NCBI GenBank assembly: GCA_964486045.1
Contig: CAZALK010000014.1
Span: forward strand, 1-64,000
Source: an uncultured archaeon
GTDB lineage: Archaea; Asgardarchaeota; Lokiarchaeia; Sigyniarchaeales; SOKP01
Length of the DNA stretch: 64,000 nt
Direction: 5' to 3'
The translations under genes were made by a program, and so were the position numbers. Shown piece by piece: positions 30,688 through 41,800 of the stretch (within the stretch, counting starts at the first letter, position 1; each line of letters opens with the position of its first letter). The notes beneath the pieces are model-generated. The model searched no databases. It had not been told where the DNA came from and worked only from the letters and a program-made list of their open reading frames with translations.

Positions 30688-31572
30688 GTGGTTAAGATTT
30701 CAGAAGATAAATCTAATAAATTGGTAATAAGTGTTGCTTTAGCAGGATCAGCGACGAGAAAAGAACCGAATCCTGCAGTTCCGTACACTCCAGAAGAGTT
30801 TGGAATTGAAGCAAAAAAGTGTTTTGATGCGGGGGCATCAACTGTTCATATCCATGCAAGAGATGTCAAAACAGGGTATCCTACACCTGACTTAAATCAA
30901 ATCAAAGCAGTAATAGATAGTATTAATGAGAAAGCCCCAGAAATAATAATAAATATTACGAGTTCCGTAGGAATTACGCTCGAGCAAAGAGTTGCTCCTA
31001 CCAATACGTTTAAGCCGTTAATAGCTTCACTGAACACAAATTCAATGAATTTTGGAATTGGTAATTTTAAAACTGGGGAAGTTGTTGCAAATGCGGATGG
31101 TGTATTCAGAAACACTTTTCTTACCATTGAAACTCTTGCTAAAGCAATGAAAGAAGCTAAAACAAAACCCGAATTAGAAGTATATGATTTTGGAGGATTA
31201 TATAACATTTTGTTCCTTAATAAACAAGAAAGTTTATTTGAAAAGCCACTTCATTTCCAATTCGTATTTGGAACTTTAGGTGGTGTCCCTTTTTCTTATC
31301 AGAGTTTAGCAGGCTTTCTCAATTTGATGCCTTCTGGATCTTCGTGGAGTGTATGTGGTGTAGCAAAGGATCAATTTAGAGCTGGTTTATGTGCAGCAGC
31401 AATGGGGGGCCATATTCGTGTAGGGTTAGAGGATAATATTCGTGTTCCAAGCGGACGATTAGCAAAAGGATCATGGGAACAAGTAGAATGGGCAGCACAA
31501 GTAGTAAAACTTGCGGGAAGAGAAGTAGCAACTCCAGAGCAAACTCGCAAAATATTTAATTTACTTCAATAA
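30688..31572 (+). CDS. Beta-keto acid cleavage enzyme (tandem paralogue)
   Basis: Same motifs: HIHAR, GGHIRVGLEDN. Confidence 0.93.
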   Translation: MVKISEDKSNKLVISVALAGSATRKEPNPAVPYTPEEFGIEAKKCFDAGASTVHIHARDVKTGYPTPDLNQIKAVIDSINEKAPEIIINITSSVGITLEQRVAPTNTFKPLIASLNTNSMNFGIGNFKTGEVVANADGVFRNTFLTIETLAKAMKEAKTKPELEVYDFGGLYNILFLNKQESLFEKPLHFQFVFGTLGGVPFSYQSLAGFLNLMPSGSSWSVCGVAKDQFRAGLCAAAMGGHIRVGLEDNIRVPSGRLAKGSWEQVEWAAQVVKLAGREVATPEQTRKIFNLLQ

Positions 31573-31682
31573 TCTCTAAATCCTGTACCTTAAATTTTTT
31601 TTATTCAACTTTTTTAATTAAAAAATGGTTGAAATTGCGTATAATATAAAAGAAAAATGAAAAAAAAATAAAATATACGAAA

Positions 31683-32282
31683 TTAAAATGTAAAACCTTC
31701 AGGAAGCTCAGATTCCTTTGTACCTTCAAGAACAAAAGATAAGTCTGTAATGGTATAAGTGGGATCTTTAGTCCTAAAGATTGGTAATACACGTTTTCCG
31801 AATTCTGGTTCACCAACTGAAAGATAGCTCATTAAAATTGTTACAACAGTATCAAATTCGATATTAATGAATTTTATAGGCGTTTTGAGTGAGTTAAAAG
31901 CTCCAGATCGATGCGTTATTATAAAAGAATGAATTATTGCTGTGTTCCTAGCAATCTCTGTCATATCTATTATTGTTGCCTTTCTTAAACAATCTGGACA
32001 ATATATTCTGAAAGGCATAAAAACTGAACCTTTCGATTCACATTTATTATTATCGCATCTCGTAGCCATAAGTTTACCTTTACTTAGGTTCTCAAAAAAT
32101 GGTGCTTCTCCCCCATAAGAGTGCATGTAAGTCATATCTCTTGGATTAGTAATACCTGCTAAATTACCTGTATCCTTATTGAATATTGGCTGGTTTGCTT
32201 CTGGGATGTGAAATACTCCTCTTGGTTTGTATCTACCATTGATAACATCAACAAATCCTTTTTCCTCTTCTTTTTTTGGCAT
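31683..32282 (-). CDS. DUF35-like Zn-ribbon + OB-fold protein
   Basis: ATRC...C...P.RIYCPDC; downstream of a thiolase. Confidence 0.8.
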   Translation of the reverse strand: MPKKEEEKGFVDVINGRYKPRGVFHIPEANQPIFNKDTGNLAGITNPRDMTYMHSYGGEAPFFENLSKGKLMATRCDNNKCESKGSVFMPFRIYCPDCLRKATIIDMTEIARNTAIIHSFIITHRSGAFNSLKTPIKFINIEFDTVVTILMSYLSVGEPEFGKRVLPIFRTKDPTYTITDLSFVLEGTKESELPEGFTF

Positions 32283-32286
32283 TTTT

Positions 32287-33708
32287 CTAATCCTCCTTTA
32301 TTAACTTATCAGGATCCATTAAAATAGTACAAGTAACGTGAGAACCCACTCCTGCATGGCTTATTGCTAAACCGCGTTTAGCCCCGTTTACCTGCAAACT
32401 TGTCCAATCCTTAGGTTTTTCTCGATTAAAGGCTTCCCATTTTTCTTTAGGTTCATGAATTTCATCCCATCTATTCCAAATGTGGTACCCGATTTCAGCA
32501 ATTTGCATAAGACCAGTTGCTCCTACTGCATGCATACATCCAATTAAACCTCCACATGGGTTGCTTGGTAATTTCCCAGGTTTCTTAGTATTCGGATTAA
32601 TTACATATGCATCTCCGCTCTCAATGTAATCTCTTCCTTCTCCATAAGGTCTAATCCCTATATCTTCATAAGTTTGAATATCACTTATAGTAAACGCATC
32701 ATGAAGTTCGACTACATCAAGATCTTCACCTGGATCAACGACGCCTGACATATTATAAGCATAATAGGCAGACATCCGTGCTGCTAAGAAGCTTGAAAAT
32801 CCGGGATAACGGTCACCCCCGGGAAATCTTTTTCCCAAATCATCGTACTGACCTATTGTTTCATTTGGTAAAAGAGGTATTTGCATATTACGGCGATCTG
32901 CGACTCTTAATGTGTGACTTCCAGCAGCTATGTAAATTCTTAGAGGTTTATCTGTAATCTGATATGCTGTTTTTTCATCACAAACTATTCCACATGCAGA
33001 ACCAACACTCATTAAACAACAATCTAGAGCACGAAGTGGAAATGCAACGACAGGAGAATTGATGACATCATCTACTGTTATCTTCATTGGTCCCTGAGCA
33101 TGAGGATTCATTCTTGCATATCCCCGATTTTTAACAGCTATTTCTGCCATTGTTCTCCGAAATGAATCTTCTTCTTTTCCAAAAACTTTCCAATATCTTT
33201 GAGCCATAACGGCATAATATCCTGTATAAATGTGCCCTAAAGGTGTTTCCCAATCTTTGTCTGCCGCAGCAGAAATAAGATGGTTTCCCTCATCCGTGGG
33301 CACCTCATCCATTCTCTCCCACCCTAATGCGAGGGTACAATCACTATATCCAGAAGCAACTGCTTTTACGGCCTCCCACATTGTGGATCCTCCAGTAGCT
33401 CCTCCCGTTTTTACTCCAATATTTCCAAGGGGATCCAACCCAAGCCTATCGTGGATCACTGATTCTCCTAAGAGTTGATCACCAAAATGATCAGCGAAAT
33501 GACCGTAATAACATGTATGAATGTATTGTTTTAATTCAGAGGGGGTCATATTGACAAAATCTGCGGCAGCTGTAAACGCTTGAATACAAAGCTCCTCAGT
33601 CCGTGTTTCTGGGAACGCTCGATCAAATTTAGACATACCTACTGTAGCTAAATATACCGGTCTCATTAATTTGGGAATTTTTAGTTGTTTATCACTAAAT
33701 TTTATCAT
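32287..33708 (-). CDS. Thiolase-superfamily protein lacking the nucleophile Cys
   Basis: VKTGGATGGS, ELHDAF, GGLIGCMHAVGATG. Confidence 0.87.
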   Translation of the reverse strand: MIKFSDKQLKIPKLMRPVYLATVGMSKFDRAFPETRTEELCIQAFTAAADFVNMTPSELKQYIHTCYYGHFADHFGDQLLGESVIHDRLGLDPLGNIGVKTGGATGGSTMWEAVKAVASGYSDCTLALGWERMDEVPTDEGNHLISAAADKDWETPLGHIYTGYYAVMAQRYWKVFGKEEDSFRRTMAEIAVKNRGYARMNPHAQGPMKITVDDVINSPVVAFPLRALDCCLMSVGSACGIVCDEKTAYQITDKPLRIYIAAGSHTLRVADRRNMQIPLLPNETIGQYDDLGKRFPGGDRYPGFSSFLAARMSAYYAYNMSGVVDPGEDLDVVELHDAFTISDIQTYEDIGIRPYGEGRDYIESGDAYVINPNTKKPGKLPSNPCGGLIGCMHAVGATGLMQIAEIGYHIWNRWDEIHEPKEKWEAFNREKPKDWTSLQVNGAKRGLAISHAGVGSHVTCTILMDPDKLIKED

Positions 33709-34010
33709 TATTAAATCACTACTTAGAATTTCACGTTTTTATTATTTTTAGAATTTAGTTTTCTATTAAATTTGATATTTTATTGTTATGTTTTATTTTG
33801 ATTAAAATATTACTAATTAAACCTAATAGTGAGAAGTGGGAAAAAATTCCTACTTCAATTAACTCAGAAATTTTAGAATAAACTTCCTTCACATAAATTA
33901 CGTTGGTTACCTTAAAGATCTTTAAACCAAGGTAAACCTTTATTTGAAATTCTTTTTTAAATAATATTGTAAAAAATTCATAAAATTCAAAATGTTTTTG
34001 ATGATTAATT

Positions 34011-35345
34011 ATGGATACGAGAATAACAGAATTTAAACCAATAAAAATTGTAAGATATGTGCCGGAATTAGACTTATTAAGTAATCCCATTCTTAATGCT
34101 AAAGAAAAGGAGTTCTTAGCTGATTTATATGATTTCATGGAAAAAGAACTTGATCCAGAATTAAAAAAGTTGGAAGATTTAAATTATTTAGTCGAAGTAC
34201 CGACCCAAGATAAAAAGAGAGACATTGTTATAGGCATAATGAAGAAATTGGCTGAAAATGGGTACTATTCTACTATTCTTAATGCTGAAGATTACGAAAT
34301 AGGAAGAATAGTAAGGAATGCGCTTATAGCGTTCGCTATTTGTGGGGGTAGATGGAGTGATTACAGTGAAAGGTATATAGCTGGAAATTATAGCATAGAG
34401 ATGGGAAGGCTATCAGGTGGTACACTTTACTGTAATCCCATAAATTTTGCTTCTGACGAGTCTCAAAAGGAGCAATTCTTAATACCTGTTGCCAAAGATG
34501 GTCAAATCGGTGCTTCAGCAATGACTGAATTTAATGCAGGTTCAGATATCTTTAGGATGGAAATGAGATTTCATGAGAAGGATAACAAAATAATCGTAAA
34601 AGGTAAGAAACTCTTTATAACCAATGGGATGATTGCTGATTACATCGTTGTATATTGAAGATTAGATAATGGACAACTAGGCGCTGTAATCGTTGACACA
34701 GAACATCAAAAGTTAAAGAATTTTCGAAGTACAAGAGTGAGAACGTATGGGATGACAGATGCTTTTGTCAGTCGTTTAATTTTTGATAAGGTAGAACTTC
34801 CAAAAGAAAATATGCTCCACGGACATGGACTTGATATTGCTTTTCACCAATTGACTGAAGAACGTCTAGTTATAAGTGCAGAAGCTCTTGGAGATGCAAT
34901 GAAAAAAATACTTTATTCTCATGCCTATGCTCTACAGCGCATGCAGTTTGAGAAAAGATTACATCAATATCAAGTTATTCGTTTTCCTATTTCTAAAAAG
35001 ATAAGAGAATTAAATTTAATGTTTTCAGCATTAATCCAATATGCTAGACAAATGGATGAACATCCAGAATTAGCAGATTCAAAATTAATGGCAGCTAATG
35101 CAATGGGATTGAAAATTAGCTCTACAGAATTAGGATTCGAAAGTTCCATTCATTGTTTTAGAACTTTAGGAGGACGCGGATTCACACGACAGTATGCTAA
35201 TGAAATTGGGTTATTAGATTCATATTGTATGCTCCACGGAGGAGGATCTAATTATGTTTTAGAAGATAGTGAATCTAGGAGATTCTTTAAATATAAACCT
35301 ACTCGAGGAGAAGTTGAAGATGTTATTCACAAAATTGATTATTAA
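34011..35345 (+). pseudogene. Acyl-CoA dehydrogenase interrupted by one in-frame TGA (34656-34658); pseudogene, sequence error or recoding
   Basis: AMTE..AGSD, GKKLFITNG, YALQRMQF, LGGRGF; the two track ORFs share a frame and the 26 codons between them are open. Confidence 0.8.
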
Positions 35346-35471
35346 TAGATAATCAAATTTAAGGATATATTTTTCAAATAGCCTTTTTTGTTATTATCAA
35401 TTTCTATTTAGTTTTATTATAAATCTTTAGAGGATAAGTTATTAAATATCTTAACCTTATTATTATAGTTA

Positions 35472-36446
35472 ATGGCTTCTTACGACACTCAAGGTTTCGA
35501 TATAACCCCGTTAATCGAGCAATACCGGGGAAAAAAATTGGAAGAACTTTATCAAGAAAACCATAGAATTGTCAAAAATGGAATGGGAGATTTCATGGAA
35601 TTTTATTGGCGAGAAGAAGATTTTCCCTGTAATATAAATCTTTATCATACAAGAAAAAAGCTACTGCATAACTTAAAGACAGTTCATTATATTGGCGAAT
35701 TTATAGAAAATAGGCTGAAAGGTAGAGGAATAAGATCATTAAGAGACTTGAGATTTTTAAACTTTAGATATAGAGATTCTGCTAACCATATTTTGAAATT
35801 AATAAAATTAAAAGATTATGATAATCTTAAGAAGAATAAATATGTTGATGATTTAGATGTTAGCTTCTGCTTCAATGTTGAAGATTTACTCTTTCTAGAT
35901 ATTGAGACACTAGGGCTATACGATAATGCCATAATTATTGTTGGGATTGGATTTTTTAAAAATAAGAACTTTGAAATCCATCTTTTTTTTGCTCGGAGTT
36001 TAGAAGATGAAATTGCAATTTGTGAGCATTTAAAGAGTGATATTCTTCCCAATTTTAAGTGTTTTGTATCGTACAATGGAAAACGGTTCGATATTCCATA
36101 TATAGCTAATCGATTTCTTTACTATTTTGATGAAAATCCGATGATTTCTGAAAAGGATACACCTTATGAAATCAGTAATACAAAATTCCATCATATAGAT
36201 CTTTATCACATTTGCCGTCGTCGATTTAGGGGCATGTTTGAACGATATACGCTTACAAATATAGAAGAGCAATTGTTAAATATGAAAAGAGAAAATGAGC
36301 TTCCAAGTAGGATGGTTCCTATTTGCTATAAAAAATACCAAAAAAATCCTAACAGATATAGTGGATTAATTAAAGAGTGTATTGAACACAATTACTTTGA
36401 TGTCTATTCGATGCCTCTTATCCTAAATAAATTATTAGAATCCTAG
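35472..36446 (+). CDS. RNase H-like (YprB-type) 3'-5' exonuclease domain protein
   Basis: FLDIETLG, SYNGKRFDIPY, HIDLYH, EHNYFD. Confidence 0.85.
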   Translation: MASYDTQGFDITPLIEQYRGKKLEELYQENHRIVKNGMGDFMEFYWREEDFPCNINLYHTRKKLLHNLKTVHYIGEFIENRLKGRGIRSLRDLRFLNFRYRDSANHILKLIKLKDYDNLKKNKYVDDLDVSFCFNVEDLLFLDIETLGLYDNAIIIVGIGFFKNKNFEIHLFFARSLEDEIAICEHLKSDILPNFKCFVSYNGKRFDIPYIANRFLYYFDENPMISEKDTPYEISNTKFHHIDLYHICRRRFRGMFERYTLTNIEEQLLNMKRENELPSRMVPICYKKYQKNPNRYSGLIKECIEHNYFDVYSMPLILNKLLES

Positions 36447-36565
36447 GTAAAAAATGTATAAAAATAAGAACATAAATCTTTAGTTATACTCACTCAGGAT
36501 TTTAATACACATAAAATAGCTTTATTGATCAATCTGATAATTTTTTTTTTTAGAAAATAAGTAAT

Positions 36566-36946
36566 CTAGTTCTTTTTGTTTTTTATAATTCTTTTAATTG
36601 CGGCAGAAACTTCATCATCTTTAAAGGGCTTTGTAATATATTCTTTTGCTCCTTTCTCTACAGCTTCAGCAATCGAAGATTCTTGACCCATAGCACTAAC
36701 AACAATAATATTGGCAGCGTTATCTAAAGTCACAATTTCATCAATAGCTTGAATTCCATCATGATTTGGCATAACCAAATCCATTATGACTAAATCAGGT
36801 TTTAAATTTTTATATAGTAATACCGCGTCTTCTCCATTAGTCGCTTCTCCAACCACTTGAACAAAATCTATTTTCTCAACTATTTTTTTAAGTTTAATTC
36901 TTACGAAAGTCGCGTCATCAACAATGAGAACTCCCTTTTTCTTCAT
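36566..36946 (-). CDS. CheY-like single-domain response regulator
   Basis: IVDD, MDLVMP, SAMG, KPF. Confidence 0.92.
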   Translation of the reverse strand: MKKKGVLIVDDATFVRIKLKKIVEKIDFVQVVGEATNGEDAVLLYKNLKPDLVIMDLVMPNHDGIQAIDEIVTLDNAANIIVVSAMGQESSIAEAVEKGAKEYITKPFKDDEVSAAIKRIIKNKKN

Positions 36947-37182
36947 TTCATCATCTTTTTTTTTATTAAACGTGCTTTTGACTCAATATTAGTAAAAGAA
37001 GTTCGTTTTAAACTTTGGGTTAATCTCTTATTACGGATACCATGTATAGTACATCTATAGAACAATTAGTTTATACCCAAAAATAATTAATGACAATTTA
37101 GTTTTAAGAAGAATAATTTTACCCAAACTGAAAATGAAAATCAAAGTAAGTTTAATTACCAAATAATCACTTTAAAAATCTG

Positions 37183-38874
37183 ATGGAAATGAATGAATTA
37201 GTCGAAAAGTTATTCGATCAGAAATGGAATTATAAAAATCGCAACAATATAATTAATAGATTACAAGAAAATTACTATGATATTATGGTAATAGGTGCGG
37301 GTATTACTGGGGCAGGAGTTGCTAGAGAAGCAGCATTACGAGGATTAAAAGTTGCTTGTGTGGATATGCAAGACTTTGCTGCTGGTACCTCTTCAAGAAG
37401 TTCAAAAATGGCACACGGGGGTTTAAGATATCTTACTTATGGTGAAATAGATTTAGTGAAAGATGCTACTCAAGAAAGAAATTGGATGCGAGTTCACATT
37501 CCACATTTAGTAAGACCACTTCCCTTTTTAATCCTATTTAAAAAGGAAGGAACATATAAAAAGCGCGTAATACAATCTGCAGTAAAGATTTATGATTTTT
37601 TGGGTGAAAATAATTCAGAATTTAAAAACTTTAAACCATTTAAAGAATACTCCCCTGAGGGAATTTCTGAAATAGAACCTACTTATTTAAATGAAGGAAT
37701 TTTAGGAGGTTATGTGTATTACGATACAAACATAGATGACGCACGACTAACAATTGAGATTTTAAAAGAAGCAATAGTTAGAGGAGCAGATATAGTAAAT
37801 TACTGCAAAGTTATAGACTATACTAATGAAAATGGAAAAGTAAATGGAGTTATTTGTAAAGATTTAGAAAAAGATTTTCAATTTGAAATTAAAGCAAAAT
37901 TAGTTGTTAATGCTACTGGTGTTTGGACAGATCAATTGTTAGTTAATTATCCTGATGATATTCCAAAACCTTTAATTAGACCTACTAAGGGTGTCCATAT
38001 TCAAATTAGACGAGAATGCATAAAAAATAACTTTGCTGTGGTTTTAAGCTCAGTTGATGATAACCGTATTTTTTTTGTCATCCCCCGTAATGAAGATTTT
38101 ACAATAATTGGTACAACTGATACGGATTACCAAGGTGATTTAGCTAATCCTTTCTGTAATAAAGATGATGCTGATTATCTAATTAAATCGACTAAACATT
38201 ATTTTCCAGATGCAAATCTAAGTTATGAAAACATACTTTCAACTTACGCTGGAATAAGACCCCTAGTAAGGCAAAAAGGAAAATTGGAGAGTGAAGTTTC
38301 AAGATCACATATTGTTTTTTTTTCTGATGATGGATTGTTAACAATTACAGGAGGAAAACTGACAGAATGGCGATCCATGGCTGAAAATTTGTTTGAAAAA
38401 ATTAATGAGAAAAAAATTTTAGGGGAGATAAAACGGGAGAAAAATTTTTCAAGAAAAAAATTTATCATTACTTTAGAAAAAGAAGAATGGTTAAATGAAT
38501 TAAAAAACTCAGGAGTTATGATACTTGAAAGCATTGCTGATCACTTATATCAACAATATGGAAAAGGAGCCATAAAGATTCTTGAAATTCTGCAAGAGGA
38601 TGAAACTTTAAAAGAAAAAATTATTGAAGAAAATAACTTCATTAAAGCAGAAATCATCTATTGTCTAAGAAACGAATTAACACCACATCTGATTGATGTT
38701 TTTTGTCGTCGAACTGAAATGTTTCTCTGGATAACTCCGAATTCCGTGCTTGAAGCTACAGAGAAAGTAGCTAAACTTATGGAAAAGGAATACTCCTGGA
38801 CTGAGGATAAAAAGAATCAGGAAATTGAAACTTATCTTGAATACAATAAAAAAACTCTTGAATTTCTACTCTAA
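37183..38874 (+). CDS. glpD: FAD-dependent glycerol-3-phosphate dehydrogenase/oxidase
   Basis: IGAGITG, GTSSRSSKMAHGGLRYL, DDARL, GTTDT, TGGKLT. Confidence 0.93.
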   Translation: MEMNELVEKLFDQKWNYKNRNNIINRLQENYYDIMVIGAGITGAGVAREAALRGLKVACVDMQDFAAGTSSRSSKMAHGGLRYLTYGEIDLVKDATQERNWMRVHIPHLVRPLPFLILFKKEGTYKKRVIQSAVKIYDFLGENNSEFKNFKPFKEYSPEGISEIEPTYLNEGILGGYVYYDTNIDDARLTIEILKEAIVRGADIVNYCKVIDYTNENGKVNGVICKDLEKDFQFEIKAKLVVNATGVWTDQLLVNYPDDIPKPLIRPTKGVHIQIRRECIKNNFAVVLSSVDDNRIFFVIPRNEDFTIIGTTDTDYQGDLANPFCNKDDADYLIKSTKHYFPDANLSYENILSTYAGIRPLVRQKGKLESEVSRSHIVFFSDDGLLTITGGKLTEWRSMAENLFEKINEKKILGEIKREKNFSRKKFIITLEKEEWLNELKNSGVMILESIADHLYQQYGKGAIKILEILQEDETLKEKIIEENNFIKAEIIYCLRNELTPHLIDVFCRRTEMFLWITPNSVLEATEKVAKLMEKEYSWTEDKKNQEIETYLEYNKKTLEFLL

Positions 38875-41800
38875 ATTTTAACTGAAATTAAATAATTCAA
38901 AATTTCTCGAATTACACTATACTTAAAAGGAATATCTTTTATTTTTGATAACGATTGAATGCTAGCATGTTGATTAATACTAAGTTGATTTAAAATCTCT
39001 TTTATTAAAAAAATAAGATCTTTAAAATAAGATGTTAAAGCTTGATAGAAATTATGATCTTTTTTCTTGTCTAGAAGCCAATTCATTAGAAGAATATCAT
39101 TATTTCTGAAATATACTTTTAACTGGTTAATTATAAAAGAGTTTTTTACCTTCACAGAAAAATTAAAAAGTTTATCATACAAGACACCACATATAATATT
39201 TCTCAGTTTTCTTGGAAAAGAATTAATTTGATTAGTACCCTTGTAAAGAGTAATACTTGTGATTTTATTTCTCTCAAAAAAATTATTAGAACCAATCACT
39301 TTTTGTTCTCCCAAATATTGTATTATATACTTCTTTATTGTCTCCTTATCTGGAATAACATTATTACCAATATCTCTTAAATATTCTCTTATTCTAGATA
39401 GATTTCCTAACTTTTTATATAAATAAACATAAAATTTTGCTTTCTCACTTTCATAAGTAGTGTATCGATAAACTAAAGCTTCTGAAATTGCTCTATCAAT
39501 CATATTATCTGTGATCTTTTCTAGGAAAGGATATCCAAATAGATTTTTAATATCATTTCTTAAAAATTCAGTTTCACACCAAACCTTTAGCAGATCTGCA
39601 TTTTTTTTTGTGTACTTGAATATCATTTCATTATTTTTGTTCTTCCATATATTAATTTGATGTTCCATTAATTCCACTATATCTTTACCTAAACTTAGAT
39701 AGATCAATTGACATCCTAAAAAAATTCGTCTTTTTCGTTCAGTTATTTTTTGAGGCTTTATTTTATTAAAAAATTCCTTAATTTGAGACTTACTTGAAAT
39801 ATAAACTTGATATTCCGGATTTCCATTTTCCTTATTAGATTTTATGATATTTCCAGTCTTTATACCTAAAATTGAACACATTTGAATGAAATCTTTGCAA
39901 AGAGGTAGAGAACTATTCGAAAATGCTAAGTTTAGAGTATTTCTATTCTTGATAACAGAAATACTTCCATCAGTATCAAACAAACCTCTCAAAGAAGAAA
40001 TTAAAAAAACTTTGCCTTCAGATTTATCAAAATAAACCCAATCAGGAACGTCTACTTCATTTTTAACTTTATTTCCTGGAATTAATCCTTTCTTTTGAAT
40101 TGATTTTCCTAATTCATAAATTGCATAATGTACCGACTTTCTTTGTGAAATAAGTACAACAGATTTTGGAGAAAGCTTGTGATTGAAATATTCAACAAAA
40201 TTAGAATTTTTTTTGAATAATTTATCAATAATCTCGTGTTTAACATATTTAACATAATCAGGGTCATCAATAATATTGAGTGCAATAGTTGTACTACTTC
40301 CGTTTTTATCGAGATGTCCATCTCCGAGCATTATTGATATGAATTCTGCTGATATTTCGGTTCTTTCTATTGGTATATATTTATCTTGTCCAATATAAAC
40401 ATCATGAGGGATAAAGTCTTGGTTAAATATTTTTTTTAATGTATCTTCTCCAACTAAATTATTCAATTTAAAAAAATTCTCTTCTTTCATGCGACGACCT
40501 TTAGATATTTTGGAAAAATCTTGACCAATAATTTTATTAATTTCCTTGACTCTAATATTTCGATCTTTCAAGATTTCTCTAATCTTACTTAGTACTGAAG
40601 TCTTAACTTTAATCCATTTAGTAGGTAGAACATAAATTTTCTCACCATTGTTAAGAAATCTGTTCTTCTCTTCAGAATCTTTGTATTCTGCTAAATTAGA
40701 AACTATCTCATCTTGACTTATCAATTTTTGGTTTAAAATCTTTTTAGGTTCAATAATATCATATAATCCATTTTTCACATTAGTTTGTAAAACTTGATTA
40801 AAACTTTCTCCTATTAATGAATCAAGTTCTCCAATAGATAGCTTTTTTAATAATAATTTAAGTCTGGATTTATCTTCTTCATTATCTTGTTTTTTTTGAA
40901 TAATTTCAATAATTTTAGATTTCTCATTCATGGTTAATTCTGTAGTTTTATATAAATTCTCCCTTAAAATCTCCTTTAAATTTTGAATTGAAGAAATTTC
41001 TCCATTTAAAATTTGATGGATTGCCTTCTCTTTCTTGATAATTTCTAATTTTTGAGACAAACACTTGACAATCTTGTTTCCTTCCAAGATTAAACTTTGT
41101 TCCATCCAATTTCTACTATAATTTTCATAAATACCAAGAAATCTTTTTAAAATTTCAAATAGTTCAAAAAATCTCGGATCATATTTCTCAATACGTCCTT
41201 GTATGAGTTTTTCCTTATCGTCTTTCAAAATTTTTTTGTTAAATAGGATGGTTCTAATTTCACAATACGTTTTTATTACAGTTTCTAATTCCTCTTTAAC
41301 CTCTTTAGATATTTCCTTGTTCGAAACCTTATGAATAAGATTATTTAGTAAAAGTGCCCATTTTTCTCTTATTTGAAAGGACTTCTCTAGGAATTCTTCA
41401 AATTTTTCAGTATTCTCAGGTGATTTGTCTAGATTTTTTAATTGTTCTGTTCTTCTAGAAATATATGATAAAAACTCTCTGGTTTTTTTTGAAATGTAAA
41501 GATTAGCTACTCTTTTTCCAGATGTTCTAATTATTTCGTTATAATACCTGCGAAACCAATCAAAATTCATAAATAATGGTCTAGCAATATAACTTTTCTC
41601 AATTAATATGTGCTCAAATTTATTTACTTCTTCTTCAAACTCCTCTTCTGAAATTTCTTTAGTTTTTAATTTTTCAAGCAATTCTCTGAGAGTCACATAT
41701 TTCTCAAGGAATTTAATAAGTTTTTCCTTACCATCTTTTGGGAACTCTGATTTTTTAATGCTATTTGCTAAATATTGCGCCCATTCTTCATTAAATTCTC

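Noticed and set aside
33755-34138. 127-aa minus-strand ORF
   Set aside because: Spans an AT-rich divergent promoter region and overlaps the ACAD start antisense; likely spurious.
36566-36946. Chemotaxis system
   Set aside because: Only a lone receiver domain; no cheA, cheW or MCP in the window.
39750-40360. Intein or intron-encoded homing endonuclease
   Set aside because: No Hint/splice-junction motifs recognised, no interrupted conserved host gene, and no rRNA/tRNA intron context.
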